Shown: positions 30,763 through 41,707, numbered from the stretch's first letter. The stretch: DNA of 64,000 bases from an uncultured delta proteobacterium (GCA_963787125.1 CAWBBV010000006.1:96001-160000); one strand, 5' to 3'. Notes: generated from the sequence alone by a model not told the origin. A program made the numbers and translations.

Positions 30763-31305
30763 TTAAAAGCACTCAGCTTCAAACAATAATTTTCCAGCGA
30801 TATCCTTGGCTGCGAGAATTGGCATATTTTCTAATGGCCATTGTATCCGAATCGTCGGATCATTCCAAACTATGCTGCGTTCATACTCCGCGTACCAATA
30901 ATCAGTTGTTTTATAGAGAAATTCCGCACTATCTGATACCACGAGGAAACCATGGGCAAACCCTTCCGGCACCCACATCATTCGTTTATTCTCTGCAGAT
31001 AGCATCTCTCCTACCCACTTGCCAAACGTGGGGGACGATTTACGAATATCCACGGCAACATCGAACACCTCTCCGGAAACAACCCGCACCAACTTCCCCT
31101 GAGGATGCTGAATCTGGTAGTGCAGACCGCGCAGAACATTCTTGGCTGAGCGAGAGTGATTGTCCTGAACAAAGGTGCGTTTCAGTCCCGTAGCCTCTTC
31201 AAAGACGCGGTTGTTGAAACTCTCAAAAAAGAACCCGCGCTCATCGCCAAACACCTTAGGTTCAAAGAGAACCACATCTGGAATACTTAATTTTGTTGCC
31301 TTCAT
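30763..31305 (-). CDS. rmlC: dTDP-4-dehydrorhamnose 3,5-epimerase
   Basis: FGDERGFFFE, QDNHSRS, LRGLHYQ, QGKLVR, GFAHGF. Confidence 0.96.
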   Translation of the reverse strand: MKATKLSIPDVVLFEPKVFGDERGFFFESFNNRVFEEATGLKRTFVQDNHSRSAKNVLRGLHYQIQHPQGKLVRVVSGEVFDVAVDIRKSSPTFGKWVGEMLSAENKRMMWVPEGFAHGFLVVSDSAEFLYKTTDYWYAEYERSIVWNDPTIRIQWPLENMPILAAKDIAGKLLFEAECF

Positions 31306-31446
31306 AACAGTAAACCTCTTGTAAATTTGACCAGCTTAATTTTTTTGAACAATGGGCGGCATTGATACTCGCCCGCACCCACCTTGATAATAAACACCTA
31401 ACCCTTTTCTGCACGTAACCAAATACATCCCGTACGAGCTCCGGAC

Positions 31447-32145
31447 CTAATACTCGCCCTGTTTTTCCTCAAGTCGTTGCAAAAGCCTGTCAAATGCAGC
31501 CTTGTAATCATCCAGCCTCATTAGAATACCTGACACCTCATCTTGGCTATAAATGTGGCTGGAAAGGTTTCGGCTCTCTATCATCTCAAGCCATATCTGC
31601 TCATCTGCAAGCAATCCCTGACTGAAAGCCTCTTTAAAGCATGCGCGAGGAGACGACGCGCTGATACCAATATAATCGAGATAACGCTTTATGGCTTTCC
31701 ATGACATTTCATAGGTGAACTCGAAACGCTTTACGGCAAGGTCAAGAAAAACATCCCCGAATCCCTGATCTTCAAGTGCGCATTTTGAGGAAATAGCCGC
31801 TAAGTAGCGTTCATAAGCTCGGCTGAAATTATAAAGTCCGTCTTCAAAACGAAGCTGCTTGCTAGAGCTATATAATACCCTGCCTGTAGTAATGACTCGT
31901 TGACGAAAACGCTCTTCTGCAAAAGCAATATTTTTCACATCAATCTTGATAAGGGTTGGCAGTTTTTCTACAGCCTCTTCCACCAACCAGATTTCCTTGA
32001 AATCCTTATCATCGTAAGCAATATCGATGTCGCTTGCCGTATTAGCCTCGCCAGTCAGTTGTGAGCCGTAAAGCCAGATGCGCTGAGGCTTGGCATGAAG
32101 TAGTATTATAGATTTAACTTCAGTTATTATCTGTTCAATGTTCAT
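31447..32145 (-). CDS. Fused minimal nucleotidyltransferase (MNT) + HEPN (HI0074-like) protein
   Basis: N-terminal LYGSQLTG...SDIDIA..IDV; C-terminal KRFEFTYEMSWK, SPRACFKEA, WLEMIESRNLSSHIY (R-X4-H). Confidence 0.85.
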   Translation of the reverse strand: MNIEQIITEVKSIILLHAKPQRIWLYGSQLTGEANTASDIDIAYDDKDFKEIWLVEEAVEKLPTLIKIDVKNIAFAEERFRQRVITTGRVLYSSSKQLRFEDGLYNFSRAYERYLAAISSKCALEDQGFGDVFLDLAVKRFEFTYEMSWKAIKRYLDYIGISASSPRACFKEAFSQGLLADEQIWLEMIESRNLSSHIYSQDEVSGILMRLDDYKAAFDRLLQRLEEKQGEY

Positions 32146-32184
32146 TTATTCCTCGTAGAAAAGCTGGAAAAAGGCAGAACAGGA

Positions 32185-33066
32185 TCAAAATACATTTTGC
32201 TTCAGCAGTCCCAGCATATATTTACCATAACCATTCTTTGCTAAAGGAGTGGCAAGCTGATTGAGCTGCTCATCGTTGATCCATCCATGTCGCCAGGCTA
32301 TCTCCTCCGGGCAGGCTACTTTCAGACCCTGACGATTTTCCAGTGTGGAAACAAACTGACTGGCTTCCAACAGGCTTTCATGGGTGCCGGTGTCGAGCCA
32401 GGCGTAGCCGCGACCCATAATCTCTACAGAAAGCTGCCCCTTTTCCAGATAAAGCCTGTTCAGATCGGTAATTTCAAGCTCTCCCCGTGGCGAAGGCTTC
32501 AGGTTTTTAGCCAGTTCAACAACTTGGCTGTCGTAAAAATACAAGCCGGTAACGGCATAGTTGGACTTAGGGCTTTCAGGCTTTTCTTCAAGGGAAAGAA
32601 CCTTGCCTGAGGCATCAAACTCGGCCACACCATAGCGCTCCGGGTCTTGTACGTGATAAGCAAAGACACTGGCACCTTGCTCACGCTGACAAGCGTTACC
32701 CAGTAAGTGATGAAAATCATGGCCGTAAAAAATGTTATCCCCTAAAACCAGCGCCGAGCGATCCTGACCGATAAACTGCTCACCAATGATAAATGCTTGT
32801 GCCAAACCATCCGGACTTGGCTGAACAGCATACTGCAGGTTAAGACCCCATTGACTGCCATCGCCAAGGAGCTGTTCAAAGCGCGGCGTGTCCTGCGGGG
32901 TTGAGATAACCAGTATGTCTCGTATACCCGCGAGCATGAGGGTACTGAGCGGGTAGTAGATCATCGGCTTATCGAACACCGGTAGCAGTTGCTTGGATAC
33001 AGCCAGTGTCGCCGGGTGCAGCCGTGAACCGGTTCCACCGGCAAGAATGATGCCTTTAATAGTCAT
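32185..33066 (-). CDS. rmlA: Glucose-1-phosphate thymidylyltransferase
   Basis: [49 protein letters not shown] 33066 follows the rmlB stop. Confidence 0.97.
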   Translation of the reverse strand: MTIKGIILAGGTGSRLHPATLAVSKQLLPVFDKPMIYYPLSTLMLAGIRDILVISTPQDTPRFEQLLGDGSQWGLNLQYAVQPSPDGLAQAFIIGEQFIGQDRSALVLGDNIFYGHDFHHLLGNACQREQGASVFAYHVQDPERYGVAEFDASGKVLSLEEKPESPKSNYAVTGLYFYDSQVVELAKNLKPSPRGELEITDLNRLYLEKGQLSVEIMGRGYAWLDTGTHESLLEASQFVSTLENRQGLKVACPEEIAWRHGWINDEQLNQLATPLAKNGYGKYMLGLLKQNVF

Positions 33067-33067
33067 A

Positions 33068-34132
33068 TTAGTGTCCAATCCTTTCGAGTTTGTATGCTCC
33101 ACTGAGTACCCGCTGCCACCACGATTCATTATCAAGATACCACTGCACCGTTTTACGCATGCCGCTTTCAAAAGTCTCTTGCGGACGCCAGCCAAGCTCG
33201 CGCTCAATCTTGGCTGCATCAATGGCGTAGCGAGCATCGTGGCCAGGTCGATCCTTGACAAAAGTAATCAGGTCGCGGTAGGAGCTAACTCCCGGTTGCT
33301 TGCGATGCGGAGCCAGCTCTTCCAGCAGATCACAGATAGTATGAACAACGTGCAGATTCGTCTGTTCATTATGTCCGCCGATATTGTAGGTCTCACCTAC
33401 CAGCCCGTTCGTAACGACCTCAACTAAAGCTCTGGCATGATCTTCCACATACAGCCAGTCACGAATCTGTTGACCGTCACCATAAACAGGCAGTGGTTTC
33501 CCGTGGAGCGCATTCAGAATAACGTGAGGAATTAGTTTTTCAGGAAAATGAAAGGGCCCGTAATTATTGGAACAGTTGGTGACCAGAGTGGGCAGACCGT
33601 AAGTACGCTGCCACGCCCGAACAAGATGGTCGCTGGCAGCCTTACTGGCCGAATATGGCGAACTGGGTGCATACGGTGTTGTCTCAGTGAAAAGATCATC
33701 AGTTCCATGCAGGTCACCATATACCTCGTCAGTACTGATGTGGTGAAAGCGAAATGCTTGCTTATCAGCTTCGTTCAGGCTGCTCCAATAGGCACGGGTG
33801 GCCTCCAGCAGGGTGTATGTTCCGACCATATTGGTTTGAATGAACTCGCCAGGGCCATCGATTGAGCGATCCACATGACTTTCTGCAGCCAGGTGCATAA
33901 CTGCGTCCGGCTTATGCTTGGCAAGGATGCTGTCAAGCGCAGATCGGTCAGAAATATCAGCTTGTTCAAAACTGTACCGGTGATTAGCCGATACTGCAGA
34001 CAACGACTCGAGATTTCCGGCATAAGTGAGTTTATCAAGATTCACTACGAACTTATCGGTATTCCGGATAATGTGACGAATAACTGCTGAGCCGATAAAA
34101 CCGGCGCCACCTGTAACTAAAATCTTTTTCAT
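33068..34132 (-). CDS. rmlB: dTDP-glucose 4,6-dehydratase
   Basis: [48 protein letters not shown]. Confidence 0.97.
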   Translation of the reverse strand: MKKILVTGGAGFIGSAVIRHIIRNTDKFVVNLDKLTYAGNLESLSAVSANHRYSFEQADISDRSALDSILAKHKPDAVMHLAAESHVDRSIDGPGEFIQTNMVGTYTLLEATRAYWSSLNEADKQAFRFHHISTDEVYGDLHGTDDLFTETTPYAPSSPYSASKAASDHLVRAWQRTYGLPTLVTNCSNNYGPFHFPEKLIPHVILNALHGKPLPVYGDGQQIRDWLYVEDHARALVEVVTNGLVGETYNIGGHNEQTNLHVVHTICDLLEELAPHRKQPGVSSYRDLITFVKDRPGHDARYAIDAAKIERELGWRPQETFESGMRKTVQWYLDNESWWQRVLSGAYKLERIGH

Positions 34133-34154
34133 ATAAAATATCTACCTCGAAATA

Positions 34155-35357
34155 TTATTTTTTAAGCCCGGAAAAATTCAGCAACTGGCGCTTCATGCTT
34201 ATCAGAATCTCTCTGTCACTTTCCGGTAGTTTTTGCAGATATTCAAGAATAAATGCCAGAAAAACAGCACAGAAAAAAGCGGTGACAGACGCTAACATGA
34301 CCATCAGTGCTCGCTTAGGCTTGCTCTTTTGAAAAGGGACGACTGCTGAGTCGAGTACCTGTATTGTTGAGGAATCTTTCGCTTCATTAAGTTTTGCCAC
34401 CTCGTACTGCTTCGTTAGTTGCTCGTAAACAGCCTCCTGCACTTTCATGTCCCGCATTCGACGGGCGTACTCCAGTCCCACTCCCGGAACATTGCCGATT
34501 GATGGAATCCCCTCGCCTCCCGTGCCTGAACCGGAGATTTTTCCTGTTTCCTGCTGAAGCTTTTTGATTCCAGCCTGAAGCGCTTTTACTTCTTGGCTCT
34601 CATCAGTCTGGTAAGTACGCAGAACTGAAAGCTGCACCTCCCTGCTGGCAATCTCGGCCTTGAGTTTTGCAATCCCTTCTATGGAGGCTTTTGCCTGCGA
34701 ATCAACCTGGACAACCTTATTCTGCTGGGCAAAGGTTTTAAGTTCATCTTCGGCTTTTTTGAGATCGACTTTCACTATCTCCAGTCGTTTCTCAAGAAAG
34801 ACCCTTTCAGTACCGACTTTGGAAAGATTCAACCGCACAGTTGTCCGGCCAAGCTCTTCCACAAAAGTATTGGCAAGATCTGCTGCCTGCTTAGGATCTT
34901 TGTCATCTGCAGTTATGTTGATGATGCCGTTCTTTTCCGCATTGATCTTGACCTTGCCTGCTAATTTCATGCGGGCGATATCGGCGTTTTTTGCTTTCAG
35001 CTTGACTGCTAGATCCAGTTTTTTAATGACGTCATCAGCAACGGAGCGACTTTTGAGTATGCCTATGTAAAGGTCACTGCCACCACCCAGACCTCCAGCA
35101 GCAAGTGCGGCCAGACCGCCGGCCTGGCCAAGCAGAGCGGAGAGCCCTCCGCCAGTATCTTTCTGCGGTGGTAAAATTCTGGCGGTAGCAGTGTAGATAT
35201 TCTTAAGTGTCAGACTGTACCCAATTGACAACAAGATTGCAGCCAACGTCACGTAAATTATCAACATCTTGCGCTTCACCAGAACTTGCAGCAGTTCCAG
35301 CAGATTTATCTCCTGTTCTTCAGGTGTAGCGACCTGAGCATCCTGTATTTCAGTCAT
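34155..35357 (-). CDS. Wzz/GumC-type chain-length regulator
   Basis: EINLLEL + TM, coiled coil, VLDSAVVP..KSKPKR + TM; no kinase domain; ATG 35357 with AGAGGA SD. Confidence 0.85.
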   Translation of the reverse strand: MTEIQDAQVATPEEQEINLLELLQVLVKRKMLIIYVTLAAILLSIGYSLTLKNIYTATARILPPQKDTGGGLSALLGQAGGLAALAAGGLGGGSDLYIGILKSRSVADDVIKKLDLAVKLKAKNADIARMKLAGKVKINAEKNGIINITADDKDPKQAADLANTFVEELGRTTVRLNLSKVGTERVFLEKRLEIVKVDLKKAEDELKTFAQQNKVVQVDSQAKASIEGIAKLKAEIASREVQLSVLRTYQTDESQEVKALQAGIKKLQQETGKISGSGTGGEGIPSIGNVPGVGLEYARRMRDMKVQEAVYEQLTKQYEVAKLNEAKDSSTIQVLDSAVVPFQKSKPKRALMVMLASVTAFFCAVFLAFILEYLQKLPESDREILISMKRQLLNFSGLKK

Positions 35358-35374
35358 ATCCGATCCTCTATACA

Positions 35375-37996
35375 TCAATGAATACTGATTAATACGCCGG
35401 CAGCAAGAGCAAGTTGCCCAAGGATTGTCGCAACGTCCTTAAACTCACGCATCCAGGCCACTCTCTCCAGTTTCTGTGGTGCTACAAGCGTGTCGCCGGA
35501 TTCAAGCTCCTTTGACATGAAGCCGCCAAAACCGAAGAAACTAGAAGTCATCTGCTTACTGACAACACTGCCGTCAGCCTTGATAAAGTACGCATCTGCA
35601 GTCTCTGCGTCCCGAGTATATCCACCCGACTTTGACAGATAATAAGCTACGTCAGCGCCAGCATAGTATAAAAAGCTGTTCGGATTATAAACCTGACCAA
35701 ATACTGTCACCACTTTTGGATCGGTATAAACCTCAAGCAAATCGCCGCCCATGACTTCAAAATTATAGTCACTATCCTTGAGCTTTTCTAAAGGCGGCAG
35801 ATAGATAACCATTCGCCCTTCCGCCTTCTGAGTTTTAAGCATTGCTATCGACTTCAGCATCCCTTCAAGGGCTGCCTTAGTGGCTTCAGTCTCTTCTTTT
35901 GACGCCGAAATTGAGGAGAGTTCCCCCTGCTTTCTCATGAGAGTCAGCTCTTCTCTCGCCAGCACCTCATCCATCCGCTTTTGCTGAGTCTCCCTGATAT
36001 ATTCGCGTCTTAATTTAGCCCCGGGAAGGAAAGCCTTGTCTGTAAATCCGCCAGCTCGCCTGATGATGCTGTCAAGTTTTTCCCCTTTGTAAACAGGGTA
36101 GACACCAGGGAAGACAAATTCACCCTTCAGAGTTATATATTTTTCAGTCTGCTCAGACCAGTTCGGAATTCTTCTCACTACCATCTCGTCAAAAGGGTGC
36201 AATTGAATATTATTTTTCAAATCACCTTTCATTGCCTGGTCAAGATCAATATTAATCGAATATGATGATACCGCTGTCCCGGTATTATTAATTCTTGTTA
36301 TTTCGGCACTTTTAAGGTAAGCGGTTCTCTTCGGATTACCGGCCATCACCAACAGATCCCGGACTGTCATATTCTGGTATAAACGATATTCACCCGGATT
36401 CTGAACGTCTCCATTGATTTTTACTCTGGGCATCTCCTCCATTTCCCAACGGGAGAAGATCCGGACATTATCAAACTCCTTGAGGGTCAGATTGTAGTCC
36501 TGATCGCCACTCAGCGCTTTTTCCGGATTAAAGAGTATCTTTTCAGGGTGAAGATCAGGAGGAAACAGTCGCGTAATTTCGCCGATATTCCGGTTATATT
36601 CGGGCAGGATATTATCCTGTTGCAGAATATCCCTGATCGTCATTCCCGGAGTCAGTGAATAGCTGCCAGGCCTGAGGACGTAACCTTCAAGATTGACATA
36701 GCCGCGCAAGGTAGCATCTATGGGAAAGATTTTGACCATATCCAGATCCTGGATCTTGAGGTTATCAACCAGTTCAGCTGAACTCTGTCCGGTTTTAGTT
36801 GGATCAAGATTAAAATCTGAAACAATTTTTTTCTCATGGGCTATAACCCGAGAGATCTGAATCCTCTGCAGATAACCACCCGAATTTATCCCATCAGCAA
36901 GGGTCAGCAGGTCACCTAGTGTTTTTTCACCTTTCAGTTCATAGATAGCCGGGCGACGGACATTACCGGCAACACCGACAATCGCTCCGATTGTCGGCAC
37001 AAAGATTGTGTCGCCTGATTGCAGTCGAATATCCCGGCTTTTATCACCTTTCAGAAAAAAATCATAAAGATCAACTGTATCCACCAGTTTCCCGCCCCGT
37101 TTGATCTGGATTGTGCGGAGACTGCCGTTTTTTGTCGGTCCTCCGGCAGCAGCCAGAGCGTTCAAAAGGGTTGACATGGAGGAGATATTATAATCACCTG
37201 GACTGGCTACATCACCGACCAGATACACTTTGATCAGATGAAGCTTGCCAATGTTGACATTCAGCTGAAAATCCTTGAACACTTTTGACATATGCGACTT
37301 GATGAGAGGCTGAAGCTGACCGTAGCTGATTCCGGCTATTTTCACAGTGCCGACTTTGGGGAGGATAATTTCCCCCGAACGGTTGACTTCCAGTTCATAG
37401 ATGCCATCAATACTGCCCCAGACTGTAAGGACAATGTGGTCACCAACGCCTATTACATAATCGGCGCCGACCGGCACATCTATCAACGGAGAAAACCCTC
37501 CGGCATCAGGCCTGAAAAAATTATACCCGAACTGAACTATCCGGCCGACAGCAAACGATTGCGGTTCAAAAGACTTCGTCATCGAAAGCTCGCCATCGAA
37601 AGACTTCTCTATGGCTGAAGCTTCAACGACATTAAGAGTATTGGGCAGTGCCCCTTTCCCCGCGGCAAGTTCGGCTTTAGCGCCTTCGGTTTTAGAAGTG
37701 GCACTGTTCTTATCGAGATTGGCGCCACTCTGTAAATTAGTGTTCATATTCTGCGACGTCTGCCCAGGCAAGGTACCCACCGGATTACTACCGGCAGGCA
37801 CTCCCGAAACAACGACTCCGGCAGTTTTGCCTGAGAGCGACGGCATCCCGCCAGGCGCGGCCTTTCCACCACTGCTGACAACAGTTGCGCCAGCGGGTGC
37901 TGCAGCGACATCGGCAATTGCAGGCGCTGCAGCCAGAATAGTAATTATCATGAGGGTCAAAAATCTGGATAGATTTTTTGGGCAGAGTAATTTCAT
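35375..37996 (-). CDS. Polysaccharide export protein with multiple SLBB domains (Wza/KpsD/OtnA-like)
   Basis: Signal peptide, FGYNFF, DYVIGVGD..VWG, repeated V.G.V..PG.Y SLBB motifs. Confidence 0.88.
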   Translation of the reverse strand: MKLLCPKNLSRFLTLMIITILAAAPAIADVAAAPAGATVVSSGGKAAPGGMPSLSGKTAGVVVSGVPAGSNPVGTLPGQTSQNMNTNLQSGANLDKNSATSKTEGAKAELAAGKGALPNTLNVVEASAIEKSFDGELSMTKSFEPQSFAVGRIVQFGYNFFRPDAGGFSPLIDVPVGADYVIGVGDHIVLTVWGSIDGIYELEVNRSGEIILPKVGTVKIAGISYGQLQPLIKSHMSKVFKDFQLNVNIGKLHLIKVYLVGDVASPGDYNISSMSTLLNALAAAGGPTKNGSLRTIQIKRGGKLVDTVDLYDFFLKGDKSRDIRLQSGDTIFVPTIGAIVGVAGNVRRPAIYELKGEKTLGDLLTLADGINSGGYLQRIQISRVIAHEKKIVSDFNLDPTKTGQSSAELVDNLKIQDLDMVKIFPIDATLRGYVNLEGYVLRPGSYSLTPGMTIRDILQQDNILPEYNRNIGEITRLFPPDLHPEKILFNPEKALSGDQDYNLTLKEFDNVRIFSRWEMEEMPRVKINGDVQNPGEYRLYQNMTVRDLLVMAGNPKRTAYLKSAEITRINNTGTAVSSYSINIDLDQAMKGDLKNNIQLHPFDEMVVRRIPNWSEQTEKYITLKGEFVFPGVYPVYKGEKLDSIIRRAGGFTDKAFLPGAKLRREYIRETQQKRMDEVLAREELTLMRKQGELSSISASKEETEATKAALEGMLKSIAMLKTQKAEGRMVIYLPPLEKLKDSDYNFEVMGGDLLEVYTDPKVVTVFGQVYNPNSFLYYAGADVAYYLSKSGGYTRDAETADAYFIKADGSVVSKQMTSSFFGFGGFMSKELESGDTLVAPQKLERVAWMREFKDVATILGQLALAAGVLISIH

Positions 37997-38028
37997 TTGA
38001 CACTGTCTCCGTATAACTTTTTTGCTAA

Positions 38029-39060
38029 CTACTTTTGCACATCCTGCATATCTGAGTCGGTCATCATATTCACCAACTGCTCGAAACTTGTATTCAAAAT
38101 CCAGCCAAGCTCGCGCTTCGCTTTGGATGGGTCACCAAGAAGCAGGTCAACCTCAGCCGGTCGAAAATATTTAGCGTCGATCCTGATAACAGTTTTTCCA
38201 GTGACTGAATCAATCCCTGTCTCATCCAGACCTGAACCTTGCCACTGAAGGGGCATACCGAGACGAGCAAACACCATTTCGGCAAAAGTACGTACCATAT
38301 AGGTCTCGCCGGTGGCAATAACATAATCATCCGCCCTCTCCTGTTGCAGCATCAGCCACATTGCTTCAACGTAGTCGCCGGCAAAGCCCCAGTCACGTTT
38401 AGCATCGAGGTTCCCGAGATAAAGACACTCTTGAATCCCGAGTTTAATTCTGGCGGCAGCACGAGTAATTTTTCTGGTGACAAAGGTCTCGCCACGTCGC
38501 GGCGATTCATGATTAAAGAGAATCCCGTTGCAGGCGTACATGCCGTAACTTTCGCGATAATTCTGGGTAATGTAAAAGGCATACGCTTTGGCGCAAGCAT
38601 AGGGTGAGCGCGGATAAAAGGGGGTTGTTTCGGTTTGTGGCGTCTCAACGACTTTCCCATAAAGCTCTGATGAAGACGCCTGATAGAATTTAGTATCGAG
38701 GCCTGTTTCCCGGATGCCTTCAAGGATACGCACAACACCTAGCGCATCCACTTCACCGGTATATTCGGGCACATCGAATGAGACCCGGACATGACTCTGG
38801 GCACCAAGGTTGTATATCTCGTCAGGTTTGATATTCCTGAGAAGCATGTTTATGGAACTGGCATCGTTTAAATCGCCGTAATGAAGGAACATACGGACAT
38901 TTTTTTCATGGGGATCGCGATAGATGTGATCAATACGGCCGGTATTGAATGATGATGACCTGCGGATCATGCCGTGGACTTCATACCCTTTTTTGAGCAG
39001 CAACTCTGCAAGGTAGGAACCATCCTGTCCTGTGATGCCGGTAATCAGCGCCTTTTTCAT
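38029..39060 (-). CDS. gmd: GDP-mannose 4,6-dehydratase
   Basis: [41 protein letters not shown]. Confidence 0.97.
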   Translation of the reverse strand: MKKALITGITGQDGSYLAELLLKKGYEVHGMIRRSSSFNTGRIDHIYRDPHEKNVRMFLHYGDLNDASSINMLLRNIKPDEIYNLGAQSHVRVSFDVPEYTGEVDALGVVRILEGIRETGLDTKFYQASSSELYGKVVETPQTETTPFYPRSPYACAKAYAFYITQNYRESYGMYACNGILFNHESPRRGETFVTRKITRAAARIKLGIQECLYLGNLDAKRDWGFAGDYVEAMWLMLQQERADDYVIATGETYMVRTFAEMVFARLGMPLQWQGSGLDETGIDSVTGKTVIRIDAKYFRPAEVDLLLGDPSKAKRELGWILNTSFEQLVNMMTDSDMQDVQK

Positions 39061-39078
39061 CTTGAATCTCCCTGTCCC

Positions 39079-40053
39079 TTATTTCCGGAAATTATCACTG
39101 TTTTCAAGAAACCATCGGTAAGTTTTTTCAATGCCTTCATGCAAAGAGACTTTAGCGCGCCAACCGAGTGAAGTCATCCGCGCTATATCCTGAAGCTTCT
39201 GGGGAGTTCCGTCAGGCTTTGTGCTGTCAAAGCGAATCTCGCCGCAAAAACCGGTCACATCTCGCACGAGAGTGGCAATTTCTTTTATGGATGCATCAAC
39301 ACCAGTGCCAAGATTAACGAAACATGGCTTGGGATAATTGAGAAGCTCCGGCTTGAGCTCTGCTGAAGGAAGTTGCAGCAGATGTAAAGATCCGGCAGCC
39401 ATATCATCGACGAAGAGAAGTTCACGGCGTGGAGTCCCGGTTCCCCAGACCACAACTTCCGCGGCGCCACAAACTTTTGCTTCGTGAAACCTTCGGATGA
39501 GGGCGGGAAGAACATGGCTGTTTTCTGGATGAAAATTATCTCCGGGGCCGTAAAGGTTTGTCGGCATAACCGCGATGAATTCGGTGCCATACTGCCTGTT
39601 GTAGGCTTCACACATTTTTATGCCGGCTATTTTGGCAATGGCGTACGGCTCGTTGGTCGGCTCAAGGAGACCGGTAAGGAGATATTCTTCTTTCATCGGC
39701 TGGGGCGCCAAACGTGGGTAGATGCAGGACGAACCCAGGAAGAGCAGGCGCTTCACCCCACCCTTCCAGGCGTTGTGAATCACATTATTCTGAATCATGA
39801 GATTATCGTGGATGAATTCAGCAGGGTAGCTGTTGTTGGCAAGAATTCCGCCGACTTTCGCAGCAGCCAGAATCACATATTCAGGATTCTCCTGAGAAAA
39901 GAAATCTGCAACCGATTGTTGACTGGTAAGGTCTAATTGATCAATCTCGGGAAGAAGCAGATTTTCGAAACCAGCGCAGCGAAGAGCACGTACCAACGCT
40001 GAACCGACCAGACCCTTCGAGCCTGCCACGAAAATTTTTGACCCTCTGTTCAT
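39079..40053 (-). CDS. fcl: GDP-L-fucose synthase
   Basis: [50 protein letters not shown] 40053 preferred. Confidence 0.95.
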   Translation of the reverse strand: MNRGSKIFVAGSKGLVGSALVRALRCAGFENLLLPEIDQLDLTSQQSVADFFSQENPEYVILAAAKVGGILANNSYPAEFIHDNLMIQNNVIHNAWKGGVKRLLFLGSSCIYPRLAPQPMKEEYLLTGLLEPTNEPYAIAKIAGIKMCEAYNRQYGTEFIAVMPTNLYGPGDNFHPENSHVLPALIRRFHEAKVCGAAEVVVWGTGTPRRELLFVDDMAAGSLHLLQLPSAELKPELLNYPKPCFVNLGTGVDASIKEIATLVRDVTGFCGEIRFDSTKPDGTPQKLQDIARMTSLGWRAKVSLHEGIEKTYRWFLENSDNFRK

Positions 40054-40219
40054 ACCCTTATCGTCCTCTAAACATAAGCTGCATTCAGCTAATTTCAAAA
40101 GAGTTTTAATACCTTAACCCCACTCAAAGGTCAAGAAGAATCAACCGCAATTCAATAACATACTTGATTTAATTCACCAAAAATGTACTATTGCAAAAAC
40201 AACACACTAGGAGCTGAAT

Positions 40220-41335
40220 ATGAGCCAGATACCTTTTATTGACCTTGCAAAACAGCAGAGCAGAATTCTCCCGGAGATTGAGCGAAGAATGGCTGCCGTA
40301 CTTAAACATGGCCAGTATATTCTCGGACCGGAAATCACCGAACTTGAGAGCAAACTGGCAGCTTACACCGGAGCCAAGCACTGCATTACCGTCTCAAGCG
40401 GTACGGATGCCCTGCTTATTGCCCTGATGGCAATCGGCATAAAGCCGGGTGATGAGGTCATCACCACACCGTTCACCTTTATTGCAACTGGCGAAGTCAT
40501 AGCCCTTCTGGGCGCAAAGCCTGTCTTTGTCGACATTGATCCGAAAACTTACAATATCGACCCGACTCTTATCGAACAGGTTATCACGAAGGACACAAAA
40601 GCAATCATGCCTGTGAGCCTCTACGGACAGTGCGCAGATTTCGATGTTATTAACTCAATAGCCACAAAACACTCGTTGATCGTCATTGAGGATGCCTGCC
40701 AGAGTTTCGGGGCAACCTACAAGGGGCGCAAATCGTGCGCCCTCTCAGATATTGCCTGCACGAGCTTCTTCCCCTCGAAACCGCTTGGCTGCTATGGCGA
40801 CGGTGGCGCCTGCTTTACCAATGATGATGCCCTGGCCATAAAAATGAGGCAGGTCATGAATCATGGCCAGGACAGACGCTACCATCACCCAATGATAGGC
40901 CTTAACGGCAGGTGCGATACACTGCAGGCGGCAATTCTGCTTGCTAAATTTGATATTTTTGCAGAAGAAGTTGCACTGCGTTCCGAGATCGGCGCCAAAT
41001 ACAGCAAAATGTTTACTGAAGCTTCGAGCCACATAGTTACCCCTTACATTGAGCCTCATAACACAAGTGTTTATGCTCAATACACCATTCAGGTTGAAGA
41101 CCGTGATGCTCTGCAACAGACGTTGCAGGCAAAAGGTGTACCTTCTGCGGTTCACTACCCAGTGCCTCTGAACCTTCAACCGGCCTTTGCTTCGCTGAGC
41201 AAGCCGGCAGGAAGCTTTCCTGTTTCAGATGCTGTTGCCGGTAAGGTTATGAGTCTGCCGATGCACCCTTACCTTACTGAAAGCGATATGAAGAGAATAG
41301 TCGCTGCGGTATGCAATAAAGAGGAGTCTAATTAA
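40220..41335 (+). CDS. DegT/DnrJ-family aminotransferase, WbpE-like
   Basis: GTDALLIALMA, EDACQSFGA, SFFPSKPLGCYGDGGA; GGAG SD. Confidence 0.88.
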   Translation: MSQIPFIDLAKQQSRILPEIERRMAAVLKHGQYILGPEITELESKLAAYTGAKHCITVSSGTDALLIALMAIGIKPGDEVITTPFTFIATGEVIALLGAKPVFVDIDPKTYNIDPTLIEQVITKDTKAIMPVSLYGQCADFDVINSIATKHSLIVIEDACQSFGATYKGRKSCALSDIACTSFFPSKPLGCYGDGGACFTNDDALAIKMRQVMNHGQDRRYHHPMIGLNGRCDTLQAAILLAKFDIFAEEVALRSEIGAKYSKMFTEASSHIVTPYIEPHNTSVYAQYTIQVEDRDALQQTLQAKGVPSAVHYPVPLNLQPAFASLSKPAGSFPVSDAVAGKVMSLPMHPYLTESDMKRIVAAVCNKEESN

Positions 41336-41637
41336 TGCTTAGCGGTAAACAGAAAAGACATCTGCGCAGTTTGGGGCATGGGCTGAAGCCGGTTATCAGG
41401 GTGGGGAAGAACGAATTTAATGATGCTCTGGCCGAAGAGACGGGAGCAGCTCTTGCTACCCATGAACTCATCAAGGTAAAACTATTGGAAAGTTGTGAAA
41501 TGGATCGACACGAAGTGGCCGAGAAGTTGGCTAAAGCAGCGAGCGCTGAGATAGCACAGATCCTCGGGCGAACAATTCTGCTTTATCGTCAGGGAGAAGA
41601 ACCGAAAATAGAGTTGCCAAAAGACAAAAACAAGTAG
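41335..41637 (+). CDS. yhbY: Ribosome assembly RNA-binding protein YhbY (CRM domain)
   Basis: LSGKQKRHLRSLGHGLKPV, HELIKVK, QILGRTILLYR. Confidence 0.92.
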   Translation: MLSGKQKRHLRSLGHGLKPVIRVGKNEFNDALAEETGAALATHELIKVKLLESCEMDRHEVAEKLAKAASAEIAQILGRTILLYRQGEEPKIELPKDKNK

Positions 41638-41668
41638 CTAATGTGGTTCAGATGCTTAATTAATTCCG

Positions 41669-41706
41669 AGACCTCCGGGGCAGTTAAAACCCCGGGGGTC
41701 TTTTTT
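41669..41706 (+). terminator. Intrinsic terminator between yhbY and the convergent ferredoxin gene
   Basis: GACCTCCGGGG / CCCCGGGGGTC stem followed by T6. Confidence 0.8.
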
Positions 41707-41707
41707 A

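Noticed and set aside
31306..31446. Possible RelE-like relic (VFIIKVG) and weak GGGCG/CGCCC hairpin between rmlC and the MNT-HEPN gene
   Set aside because: Match too short, no HR motif, no U tract
33067..33261. N-terminal extensions in the ORF track (rmlA to 33261; also nuoG, nuoE, cydC, fcl, coaD, purC, dgt)
   Set aside because: They overlap upstream genes or promoters; downstream ATGs match family N-termini and SD positions
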